A stretch of DNA of 28,206 nucleotides. It comes from Candidatus Woesearchaeota archaeon (GTDB lineage: Archaea > Nanobdellota > Nanobdellia > CAZVOT01). The position numbers and the translations under genes are program-made. Location: NCBI GenBank assembly GCA_964628775.1, contig CAZVOT010000001.1, positions 1 to 28,206 on the forward strand, in the 5' to 3' direction. The stretch's first letter is position 1. Every line of letters starts with the position of its first letter. The notes under the pieces were generated by a model, which saw only the letters and a list, made by a program, of their open reading frames with translations, was not told the origin of the DNA and did no database searches. Shown here piece after piece: positions 1-7,937 of this stretch.

Positions 1-399
1 TCTAGGAATATAATAGGTTTTTTTCTTGTAATTCTTGTTTTTTTGGCTGTTTCATTTGTTTATATTTTTATAGTATCCAAATTAAAGATAAAATTTCTCT
101 TAGAAAAATTGTCTTTTTATGCAATGCTTGGACATTTATTTGACGCTTCTGCCACTTTTGTTGGTATTGATTTTTTCGGACTCTCTGAACAGCATGTCTT
201 AACCAGGTTTTTTGGCGAGATTTCAGGAACATATTTTGTGTTTTTTATTCTGAAAATTTTAGTTGTCGGTACAGCAGTATATTATATAAGCAAAGATGTG
301 AAAGAAAAAGAACTTGGCAATTGGCTTAAAATTGCTGTTGCTATCTTAGGTTTTGGAACAGGAATTAGGGATACTTTTATGATTTTGACTCTAACTTAA
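1..399 (+). CDS. Membrane protein, DUF63-like (5' truncated by window edge)
   Basis: Frame is open from base 1. Hydrophobic helices with GHLFDASATFVGIDFFGLSEQHVL, resembling the DUF63 HxxDxxxT...ExH motif. Confidence 0.55.
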   Translation, partial: SRNIIGFFLVILVFLAVSFVYIFIVSKLKIKFLLEKLSFYAMLGHLFDASATFVGIDFFGLSEQHVLTRFFGEISGTYFVFFILKILVVGTAVYYISKDVKEKELGNWLKIAVAILGFGTGIRDTFMILTLT

Positions 400-404
400 A
401 AAAG

Positions 405-412
405 TATAAATA
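405..412 (+). promoter_or_regulatory. Putative TATA box
   Basis: TATAAATA ending 23 nt before the ATG at 436. Confidence 0.4.
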
Positions 413-435
413 TAAGAAAAATCTTCTAAAATACT

Positions 436-795
436 ATGAATATTGATTTGTTAGTGTCTGCTGTAGTGATACTTTCAGGTATCTTATTTATGCTTCTTCA
501 GTCAGTTACTCTTAGAAAAAGCAAAAGATTAGTAGATTACTATGCTTTTTTTACTGTCGGGCTTGGCTGGTTTATTGCAGGGGTTATACTTAATAATCAC
601 ATACTTTACCTGTCTGGAGCAGTTTCACTTGCTGTTTCTTTTATGAACAAGAACAAATGGGATTTGGACCCTAAAAAATGGAGAAAATTAGACAGCAAGG
701 AGATTAAGCTTTTCTTTATTATTGCAGTAATTACTTTTTTTATTTTTATAACTGGGGTTATTGTTTATTATATATCAATAAACAAACTTTTATAA
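436..795 (+). CDS. Hypothetical membrane protein (about 4 TM segments)
   Basis: ATG start, hydrophobic stretches separated by basic loops, TATA-like box upstream. Confidence 0.6.
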   Translation: MNIDLLVSAVVILSGILFMLLQSVTLRKSKRLVDYYAFFTVGLGWFIAGVILNNHILYLSGAVSLAVSFMNKNKWDLDPKKWRKLDSKEIKLFFIIAVITFFIFITGVIVYYISINKLL

Positions 796-900
796 AAACT
801 ATAAACCATAAATTTCGATTTAGAGAGTATTAATGAGTTTTAGGCTTAAAAATCCGTTTTTGGAAATTTGAGTATAATAATAAATTTTTTTAACTAATAC

Positions 901-916
901 AAAACATTTTTAAAAT
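901..916 (+). promoter_or_regulatory. Putative BRE/TATA promoter of the rps17e operon
   Basis: AAAAC followed by TTTAAAAT (909-916), ending 22 nt before ATG 939. Confidence 0.45.
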
Positions 917-938
917 TAGCATATTTGGAAAATTACTA

Positions 939-1130
939 ATGGGAAGAATTAGAACAAAAGCAATAAAAAGGCTTGGAAGGACTTTTATTAAGGATTTTGA
1001 AAATGGTTTTTCTTTAGAGTTTAATCATAACAAGAAAAAACTTGATGAAGTGTCTGATATTTACTCAAAAAAACTTAGAAATAAGATAGCAGGATACATA
1101 ACAAAATTGATAAAAACACCTAAACTATAA
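939..1130 (+). CDS. rps17e: 30S ribosomal protein S17e (eS17)
   Basis: MGRIRTKAIKR...F..NKK...SKKLRNKIAGYIT signature. Confidence 0.95.
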   Translation: MGRIRTKAIKRLGRTFIKDFENGFSLEFNHNKKKLDEVSDIYSKKLRNKIAGYITKLIKTPKL

Positions 1131-1149
1131 ATAAAGGAGGACTACAAAA

Positions 1150-1431
1150 ATGGAACAAGAAAAAAATGAAGGAACAGTTTTTATCGGGGATAAACCTTGT
1201 ATGGTATATGTTACCAGCGTTGTCATGCAATACAACAGCGGAGCAAAAAAAATTTTAGTCAAGGCAAGAGGAAAGAATATTTCCAAAGCAGTTGATGTTG
1301 TAGAAGCAACAAAAAACAAATTTTTGAAAGACTTAAAAATTTCAAACATAAAAGTTGGTTCAGAGTCATTTGAAGGAAGAGAAAAAAAAACAATAACAGT
1401 ATCAACAATAGAAATTGAAATTGAGAAATAG
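1150..1431 (+). CDS. albA: DNA/RNA-binding protein Alba
   Basis: VFIGDKP.MVYV...VKARGKNISKAVDVVE...IKVGSE...VSTIEI. GGAGG Shine-Dalgarno at 1136-1140. Confidence 0.95.
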   Translation: MEQEKNEGTVFIGDKPCMVYVTSVVMQYNSGAKKILVKARGKNISKAVDVVEATKNKFLKDLKISNIKVGSESFEGREKKTITVSTIEIEIEK

Positions 1432-1435
1432 AAAT

Positions 1436-2101
1436 ATGTTTTTTGATGTGCACTGCCATCTAATTGAAAAAACTTCTTTTTTAACTTTTAATAAAAATAA
1501 TATTTCTGTAATTTTCAATGGACTTGATTTTGAATCCAATAAAAAACTTCTTGAACTTAAAAAACAGGGAAATGTTTTTATTGCTCTTGGAATGCATCCG
1601 ACTCTTAAATTTGATGATAGAGTGATTTACCAGATTAAAGAGAATAGAGATAAGATTATTGCAGTAGGTGAGATTGGATTAGATTACCTGAAAGTAAAAG
1701 ACAAGGAAGAAATGAAAAGAAATTTTCTTAAAATGCTTGAACTTGCTGAAGAAATAAAAAAACCAGTTATAGTGCATTCTAGAAGAGCAAAAGGAAGGGT
1801 TATTGAGATGATTTCGAACTTTAAAGTTCCGGTTATAATGCACTCTTTTTTTGGAACTAAAGAGGAGTTTGACAGTGCTTTAAAAACCAAATGTTATTTT
1901 TCTTTTTCAAGAGTTCCTGCAAAAGCAGAAGATATTGATATGGACAGAATATTTTTGGAAACTGACTCGCCGTATATTTTAAAATCTCCTTTAGATGTTG
2001 TTGAGAATTACCTTGAGCTCTCAAAAATAAAGAAAATTGACATAAAAACAGCTGAAAGACAGATTGAAAATAATTTTAAAAGGGTTTTTCTTTCTAATTA
2101 A
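1436..2101 (+). CDS. tatD: TatD-family nuclease/hydrolase
   Basis: DVHCHL, GMHP, VGEIGLDY, VHSR, MHSF and LETDSPY motifs. Likely start is ATG 1436 rather than 1415. Confidence 0.88.
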   Translation: MFFDVHCHLIEKTSFLTFNKNNISVIFNGLDFESNKKLLELKKQGNVFIALGMHPTLKFDDRVIYQIKENRDKIIAVGEIGLDYLKVKDKEEMKRNFLKMLELAEEIKKPVIVHSRRAKGRVIEMISNFKVPVIMHSFFGTKEEFDSALKTKCYFSFSRVPAKAEDIDMDRIFLETDSPYILKSPLDVVENYLELSKIKKIDIKTAERQIENNFKRVFLSN

Positions 2102-2103
2102 CT

Positions 2104-3009
2104 ATGATGGAAATAACTTTTCTTGGAACATCCTGTATGTATCCAACAAAGGAGAGGGCGCACCCCTGCATTATGATTAGGAAGGATTCTGAGTATATGC
2201 TCTTTGACTGCGGAGAATCTGCGCAGAGGCAGATTAGAATTGCTGGAATTTCTCCTTACAAAATAACAAAAATTTTTCTGACTCATTTTCACGGAGACCA
2301 CTGTCTCGGACTTCCTGGACTTATTGAGAGTTTGAACGGCATGAAAAGAAATTCTGCAATTGAGATATTCACTCCTACCGGCGGAGAGAAGAAAATAAAA
2401 TCATTTTTTTATGCTATTGGAACAAAGCCCAGATTTGAAGTAAAGATAACTGAAATCAAGGACAAGAAGAAAAAAATAGTTTCAAACAAGGAGTTTGAAG
2501 TCTATGCAATGCCAGTTATACACGGGAATATACCTTGTCTTGCTTATTCAATAAAAGAAAAAGACAGGAGAAAAATAAACATTGAATACACAAAGAAATT
2601 CGGATTAGTCAGAGACAAGATTCTTGGGAAATTACAGCAGGGAAAAACAATTGAATACAAAGGAGAGAAAATAACTGCAAAACAAGGGACAATAGTTGTT
2701 CCTGGCAGGAAAATAACCTACATAACTGATACTCTTTTTGACAGAAAATTAATAAAATTTGCAGAAAATTCAGATGTCTTAATATCTGAATCAACTTATA
2801 TGGAAAAAGACAGGGAAAAAGCAAAGGATAGATTTCATATGACCTCTATTCAGGCAGGAGAACTTGCAAAAAAATCCAAGAGCAAAAAATTATATCTGAC
2901 TCACTTTTCTCAGAAATATGAGGACTTAAAACCTATGCTTGCAGAGGCAAAATCAGTATTTCCTGAAACAGAACTTGCAGAAGATTTTATGAAATTCAGC
3001 ATTAATTAA
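2104..3009 (+). CDS. rnz: Ribonuclease Z (tRNA 3' endonuclease)
   Basis: FLGTS...P..ER, LFDCGE, THFHGDH (HxHxDH), exosite arm, YITDT, ESTY, H-MT, LTHFS. Confidence 0.93.
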   Translation: MMEITFLGTSCMYPTKERAHPCIMIRKDSEYMLFDCGESAQRQIRIAGISPYKITKIFLTHFHGDHCLGLPGLIESLNGMKRNSAIEIFTPTGGEKKIKSFFYAIGTKPRFEVKITEIKDKKKKIVSNKEFEVYAMPVIHGNIPCLAYSIKEKDRRKINIEYTKKFGLVRDKILGKLQQGKTIEYKGEKITAKQGTIVVPGRKITYITDTLFDRKLIKFAENSDVLISESTYMEKDREKAKDRFHMTSIQAGELAKKSKSKKLYLTHFSQKYEDLKPMLAEAKSVFPETELAEDFMKFSIN

Positions 3010-3040
3010 CTTTTTAATTTTTTCTATTTTATCTAATTAT

Positions 3041-3295
3041 ATGACAAAACCAGAATACTTTTATCTGCCCTGCGGTAAATTCGCAAAAACTGATTTTTCT
3101 GTAAAAAAAGAAGAAAAAACTGAGAGTTTAACTTCAATTTATGTACCAAGAAGCACAGGCAGTTCTTCAAATCCGATGAGTTTATGTTCTCTCCTTGAAA
3201 AATCACTTGATATGGGTATTGAGATACTAGATAGGATAGATAAAGAACTTAATGAGGGCATTCTTTATCTTTCCTTTGCTTTGGCTAACCAATAA
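3041..3295 (+). CDS. Hypothetical protein (orphan, uncertain)
   Basis: ATG-started 84-aa ORF filling the gap between rnz and the next promoter; no recognisable motif. Confidence 0.35.
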   Translation: MTKPEYFYLPCGKFAKTDFSVKKEEKTESLTSIYVPRSTGSSSNPMSLCSLLEKSLDMGIEILDRIDKELNEGILYLSFALANQ

Positions 3296-3320
3296 AAAGC
3301 AATTGTTAATGATATTAACC

Positions 3321-3336
3321 AAAAACCATTTAAAAT
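3321..3336 (+). promoter_or_regulatory. Putative BRE/TATA promoter
   Basis: AAAAACCA then TTTAAAAT (3329-3336), ending 23 nt before ATG 3360. Confidence 0.45.
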
Positions 3337-3359
3337 AGAGATTTGTTAATAATGTTAAC

Positions 3360-3695
3360 ATGAATTTAAAAGATGAACTTAAAGACAATGCCTTGAGATT
3401 CTACTCTTCAGCTAATTTAGTTTATTCGAATATGACAGATTTTACATCTGCAACCAGTTTATACTTTAAATCTTTATTTTCTTATTATGACTTTAAATTA
3501 TTTGATAAATTAAACACAGCTCTAAAAAATCACACAGAGAGATTCCAATTTCTTAAACTTTATTTCAAGAATTTGTATGAAGAAATAGACCCAATTTTTG
3601 AAATATACAGAAGTACATATACAACAAAAATATCGAAAGAGAGATGTGAGTATGCCAAAAAAATCGCTGAAAAACATATTAAAGAACTGCAATAA
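3360..3695 (+). CDS. HEPN-like helical protein
   Basis: 111 aa, all-helical pattern: A..FY.SA...Y...D...A..LYFKSLF...D, NHTERF, YRSTY. Overlaps an MNT gene. Confidence 0.55.
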   Translation: MNLKDELKDNALRFYSSANLVYSNMTDFTSATSLYFKSLFSYYDFKLFDKLNTALKNHTERFQFLKLYFKNLYEEIDPIFEIYRSTYTTKISKERCEYAKKIAEKHIKELQ

Positions 3696-4233
3696 ATTTA
3701 TTGTAGATAATTCTGAAGTTTTAGATGTAATAATCTTTGGTTCTTTTGTTAAAGGGAAGGACAAACCTACAGATATAGATTTTCTTTTAATTTTTAAGGA
3801 CAAGATTAATTTTGCTGTTTCATCTAAATTAAGGAAATTATTTGATAAAAGTGAGGTTACATCAAAAACATATAAAGAAGTATTTGAAATAACTTTTCTC
3901 CCAAGAGAGAGTATACTATCTGACAGTATAAGCTGTGTTACTGGTAAAAAACTATCTGAAAGCTACGGCTACGATTCTTTTGTTCTTTTCTCTTATAATC
4001 TCAAAAATTTTTCAAAAACAAAAAGAATACAATTTTTTTATGCTTTAAATGGAAGAAAAAGTGAGGGAATGATAAAAAAATTAAATGCCTGCAGATTATC
4101 AAATACTATCCTTATTGTTCCAACAGAAAATTCAATAGAGATGAGAGATTTTCTAAATGTGTGGAATGTTTCTTTTTTTGAATCTGAAATTCTCCTGCCT
4201 GAAAAAAAATTAAAATTATTGATAAAGAAATAA
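3652..4233 (+). CDS. Minimal nucleotidyltransferase (MNT) with extra C-terminal alpha/beta domain
   Basis: IIFGSFVKGKDKPTDIDFLL (GS...DxD). Likely start ATG 3652 (MPKKSL). About 75-aa C-terminal extension. Confidence 0.75.
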   Translation: MPKKSLKNILKNCNKFIVDNSEVLDVIIFGSFVKGKDKPTDIDFLLIFKDKINFAVSSKLRKLFDKSEVTSKTYKEVFEITFLPRESILSDSISCVTGKKLSESYGYDSFVLFSYNLKNFSKTKRIQFFYALNGRKSEGMIKKLNACRLSNTILIVPTENSIEMRDFLNVWNVSFFESEILLPEKKLKLLIKK

Positions 4234-4237
4234 AAAT

Positions 4238-6097
4238 CTATTTTTTGTCAAGAAATTCTTTTATTTTCAAGTCAGGGGTTTTGGTGAAATTTATTATCCA
4301 GTCAGTAGGCAGACATTTTAAGTAATTCTCCCAAGTGTATCTCTTGTCAATAAGAATAATAACACCTTTGTCTTTTTCAGAACGGATGCATCTCCCTGCT
4401 GCTTGTATGGTTCTATTCATTGCCGGATAAATATACCCATAATTCCATCCTGCTTTGAATTTTTTGTCATAATAATTTATAAGAGAATTTGTAAGCAAGT
4501 CTGGTTTTGATAGAGGAATTCCTATTACTGCAACACATTCTAAATTCTTTCCAGGCAAGTCAATACCTTCTGAAAAACTTCCTGCAGTACAGGCAGAGAG
4601 AACTGCTCCTTTGCTTGAAAGTGAAGTGAAATTTTTTAATAATTTTGCTTTGTCATCTTTTTTCATATTCTGCTTTTCAAGAATTATTTCCTTGTCTGTT
4701 ATTATTTTTTCTGTTATCTTGTCTCTTAAGAAATAGGAAGGAAAAAATAGAGCCATATTTGTTTTATAACAGTTTGTTATTTTTGAGCAGTACAGGGCAA
4801 TTTTTGAAAATTGGGAGTCATTTCTTTCTGAGTATTTTGTTGTTCCGTCAGGAACTATCAGTACAAGGCGGTTGTTTTTTGGAAAAGAACTTTCATATTC
4901 TTTTATCATTGTTCTTTTTTCTTCAAGTCCAAGAACATCCTGGTGCATTTTCTGAGGACGCATTGTTCCTGACATCAGTATTGAACAATGTGCTGAATCA
5001 AAAACTTCTTTTGAGACAATTGAAGGGTCCAGACAGGAGATTTCAAGTTCAAAATATTTTCTGTCATTGAATTTCTTTTTTCTCATTATTCTTGTAAATG
5101 CCGGTTTTTTTGATTCTTCGCTTGTCCAAAATTCAAGAAATTTTGCAACTGAGCCAAGATAAGTTCTTTTTTTTGTTTTTCTTACTTCTTCTGCATATTT
5201 GTTAAAAACACTTATTATGTCGTCAATTTTTTTGTTCAGTGTTTCTTCTACTTTTTCTCTGAATTCTTCTTCTTTTACAAAATATTCCTCTTCTTCTTTT
5301 TCAAGTTCCTTTATGCAGTCTAAAATCCAAATCAAGTCCTCCTGAATTTCAGTATTATCCAGTTCTCTTGCTTCTTTTATTGCCTTGTTTATTGTTGATG
5401 TTGTCAGTTTGCTGGATAATAATTCTCTTACTCTTGTTCCTAAATTATGGGCTTCATCAACAACTATTATGCAGTCAGAAAGTTCTTTTTTCATTTTTGT
5501 CAGGATTATTTTTCTTGGACTTGGATGGAATATATGATAATAATCTGCTATAATTACTCTTGCTGATTTTGCAAGCAGAAGGGCTATTTCATAGGGACAG
5601 AAGTTTTTGCATTTTTCTTTTGCTTCTTCTGCGTGAAGAGGACTTAATTTTTTTAATTCATCAATTTTTGATTTTGCGTTTTCTGAGAGTTCTGTTTTTT
5701 TCCAGATGTTATTATAATAAGCGCATAATTCTTCTGTTCTTAAATATCTGCAGTATTCTGTAAAATCTGAACTTAAAAGTTCATCTATATCAGATATACC
5801 ACAGAGCCATCTCTTTCCTATTAAATCAACTGTTTGTATTTCTGTTTTTGTTTTTTCCTTTATTTTTTTTATTGTGTCTATTACAATCATGTGCTGTGTG
5901 TGCCTGGGAGTCAAGAAAAATATTGTTTTGTCATTTTTTACTGCATATTCAAGTGCAGGAACAAGGACAGAAACAGTTTTTCCAAGTCCTGTTGGTGCGT
6001 GGGCAATAAGATTTTTCCTGCTTTCTACTGCTGTTTTTATATCTGCAATTAATTTGTCCTGTCCTTTTCTAATTTCATTATAAGGGAAAAAATCCAT
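4238..6097 (-). CDS. xpd: XPD/Rad3-family Fe-S DNA helicase
   Basis: APTGLGKT Walker A, DEAH, four Cys (RWLC, EYCRY, ELCAY, FCPYE), SGTM, SEGIDLPG, QAAGRCIRS. Confidence 0.9.
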   Translation of the reverse strand: MDFFPYNEIRKGQDKLIADIKTAVESRKNLIAHAPTGLGKTVSVLVPALEYAVKNDKTIFFLTPRHTQHMIVIDTIKKIKEKTKTEIQTVDLIGKRWLCGISDIDELLSSDFTEYCRYLRTEELCAYYNNIWKKTELSENAKSKIDELKKLSPLHAEEAKEKCKNFCPYEIALLLAKSARVIIADYYHIFHPSPRKIILTKMKKELSDCIIVVDEAHNLGTRVRELLSSKLTTSTINKAIKEARELDNTEIQEDLIWILDCIKELEKEEEEYFVKEEEFREKVEETLNKKIDDIISVFNKYAEEVRKTKKRTYLGSVAKFLEFWTSEESKKPAFTRIMRKKKFNDRKYFELEISCLDPSIVSKEVFDSAHCSILMSGTMRPQKMHQDVLGLEEKRTMIKEYESSFPKNNRLVLIVPDGTTKYSERNDSQFSKIALYCSKITNCYKTNMALFFPSYFLRDKITEKIITDKEIILEKQNMKKDDKAKLLKNFTSLSSKGAVLSACTAGSFSEGIDLPGKNLECVAVIGIPLSKPDLLTNSLINYYDKKFKAGWNYGYIYPAMNRTIQAAGRCIRSEKDKGVIILIDKRYTWENYLKCLPTDWIINFTKTPDLKIKEFLDKK

Positions 6098-6143
6098 TAG
6101 AAAGAGAATAGAATTTAGATTTAAAAAGGAAGCGGGTAATCTT

Positions 6144-6383
6144 TTAACTATCTTCTTTTAGTATTCTCATAAATTCTTCTTTTGTTATGTTAAAATCTTT
6201 TTTTATTATCTTTATTAAAAGTCCTGAGCCAATTTCTTCGCCATTATGAAAAGGAATTGTTGTTCTTCTGCCGTCTGGACGTTTATAAATATTATGACTT
6301 CCTTTTGTATGACTACGAAAAAAACCTAACTTTTCTGCTATTTTTCCAAGTTCTTTTTAAGTTAATTTTGGGAGTTTATCCAA
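6144..6383 (-). pseudogene. hicA: HicA-family mRNA interferase toxin with in-frame premature TAA (not in ORF track)
   Basis: Read by hand from TTG 6383: LDKLPKLT*KELGKIAEKLGFFRSHTKGSHNIYKRPDGRRTTIPFHNGEEIGSGLLIKIIKKDFNITKEEFMRILKEDS*. Has the GSH and TIPFH motifs. Internal stop at 6357-6359. Confidence 0.85.
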
Positions 6384-6387
6384 AAAT

Positions 6388-6600
6388 TTACACCGTTATT
6401 TGCTGAACACCTACAAATTCCTGTTCAATTTCTTGTTTTTTATTTTCTTCCAAACAAGCTGGTATTGCTTCTTTTGTTCTTCTTAAGAGTTCATCCATTG
6501 TTTTTGCTTGAGTGTGGCAGCCAGGAATTTCCAAAACTTCTGAGATTAACCATCTTTCTTCGTCTTTTTCTATTGCTATAGTATATTTTCTTGGTTTCAT
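6388..6600 (-). CDS. hicB: HicB-family antitoxin (short, no DNA-binding domain)
   Basis: EIPGCHTQAKTMDELLRRTKEAI motif; directly upstream of hicA. Confidence 0.85.
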   Translation of the reverse strand: MKPRKYTIAIEKDEERWLISEVLEIPGCHTQAKTMDELLRRTKEAIPACLEENKKQEIEQEFVGVQQITV

Positions 6601-6655
6601 AAAAAAATTAAGTCAACATAAAAATTTAAATAATTGCTTTTTAGTCATTCACAAA

Positions 6656-6663
6656 TTATATAA
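6656..6663 (+). promoter_or_regulatory. Putative TATA box
   Basis: TTATATAA ending 24 nt before ATG 6688. Confidence 0.45.
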
Positions 6664-6687
6664 AAAAATAAGGATATTAATAATAAT

Positions 6688-7260
6688 ATGAAAACTGAAG
6701 TTAGAACAGATATTCTTAATGTTTTATACAAAGCAGTTGAATGCCTGCAAAGAGAAGATTATAACTGCCTGCGCAATTTAAGCGATAAGACAGTTCATAA
6801 TTCAAGTATTTATCAAGATACCAGTTCCATTGGAATAAGTGTATTGATTTATGCTTTATCAAAACTTCTTTCAAAAGAGAGAATAAAACAGAAACATCCT
6901 GATGAATACAGAAGATTCCTTTTAAATTCCACGAAAAAAACCGTAAAAATGATTTCTTTTCTTGAAAGTTCAGATTATACTCTTTTTGAAGGACTGCTGA
7001 AAAGTTTTTTAAAAGACATATCTAATTTTGACAAAAAGTATTCTGAATATGTTCAGTGGGTTGTAACAAAAGCAAAAATAACAAAAGCAGAGAGGATATA
7101 TGAACACGGAATTTCACTTGGACAGGTTTCTGAACTCTTATCTATTCCTATTGCAGAAGTTATGTCTTATGTTGGACACACAAAGTTTTCAGAGAGAGAT
7201 GAATTTAGAACACTTAGCCCCAGAGAGAGAATAAAAAAAACCAGGAAGATTTTTGAATGA
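6688..7260 (+). CDS. Hypothetical helical protein with possible C-terminal HTH
   Basis: 190 aa; YEHGISLGQVSELLSIPIAEVMSY resembles an HTH. ATGA overlap with the next gene. Confidence 0.65.
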   Translation: MKTEVRTDILNVLYKAVECLQREDYNCLRNLSDKTVHNSSIYQDTSSIGISVLIYALSKLLSKERIKQKHPDEYRRFLLNSTKKTVKMISFLESSDYTLFEGLLKSFLKDISNFDKKYSEYVQWVVTKAKITKAERIYEHGISLGQVSELLSIPIAEVMSYVGHTKFSERDEFRTLSPRERIKKTRKIFE

Positions 7261-7937
7261 GAACTGTTGTTATTGATTCTTCAACATTAATTACTCTTTC
7301 TATGAACTGTCTTTTATGGACAATTGATAAATTAAACGACAAGACAGAATTTTATATAACTGAAGAAGTTGGAAAAGAGTCAATTTATAATCCTCTTAAT
7401 TCTGAAAAATGGGCTTTTGGAGCAATTAGAATAAACAAGAGTGCAGTAAAAACAATGAAGGTTTTCAGGAATTCTCATAAATTAAGAGATGGAACAGAAA
7501 AACTTCTTGAACTTATTAACAATACTTTTTATGCTAAAGGCAGAGCAATGAAAATAATTCACAGAGGAGAAATAGAATCAGTTGTTCTTGCAAAATACCT
7601 TTCTGCAAATGTTATTGCTACTGATGAGAAAACAATGAGATTACTGATTGAGGCTCCAAATCAGGTAAAGAATCTGCTTGAATCAAAACTGCATACATCA
7701 ATTAGGATTAATAATGATAATTTTAGGAGGATGACAGATTATCTTTCAGGTATAGAAGTTCTCCGTTCAGTTGATTTGATTTCATACTGCTTTGAAAAAG
7801 GTTATTTGGATTCTTTTTTAGCAGGAGAATGTAAAGGAAAAAAAAAACTGATTTGGAGCCTGCTTTGGGGGCTTAAATATTCAGGCTGTGCCATTTCCAG
7901 AGATGAGATAAATGAATATATAAGGGAATTAATTTGA
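7257..7937 (+). CDS. PIN-domain-like protein (extended)
   Basis: VVIDSSTLI, HRGEIESVVLA and ATDEKTMR provide PIN-type acidic residues; longer than a typical VapC. Confidence 0.6.
   Translation: MRTVVIDSSTLITLSMNCLLWTIDKLNDKTEFYITEEVGKESIYNPLNSEKWAFGAIRINKSAVKTMKVFRNSHKLRDGTEKLLELINNTFYAKGRAMKIIHRGEIESVVLAKYLSANVIATDEKTMRLLIEAPNQVKNLLESKLHTSIRINNDNFRRMTDYLSGIEVLRSVDLISYCFEKGYLDSFLAGECKGKKKLIWSLLWGLKYSGCAISRDEINEYIRELI

Noticed and set aside
6357-6359. Stop-codon reassignment explaining the hicA TAA
   Set aside because: TAA, TAG and TGA all terminate well-conserved genes at expected positions in this window.
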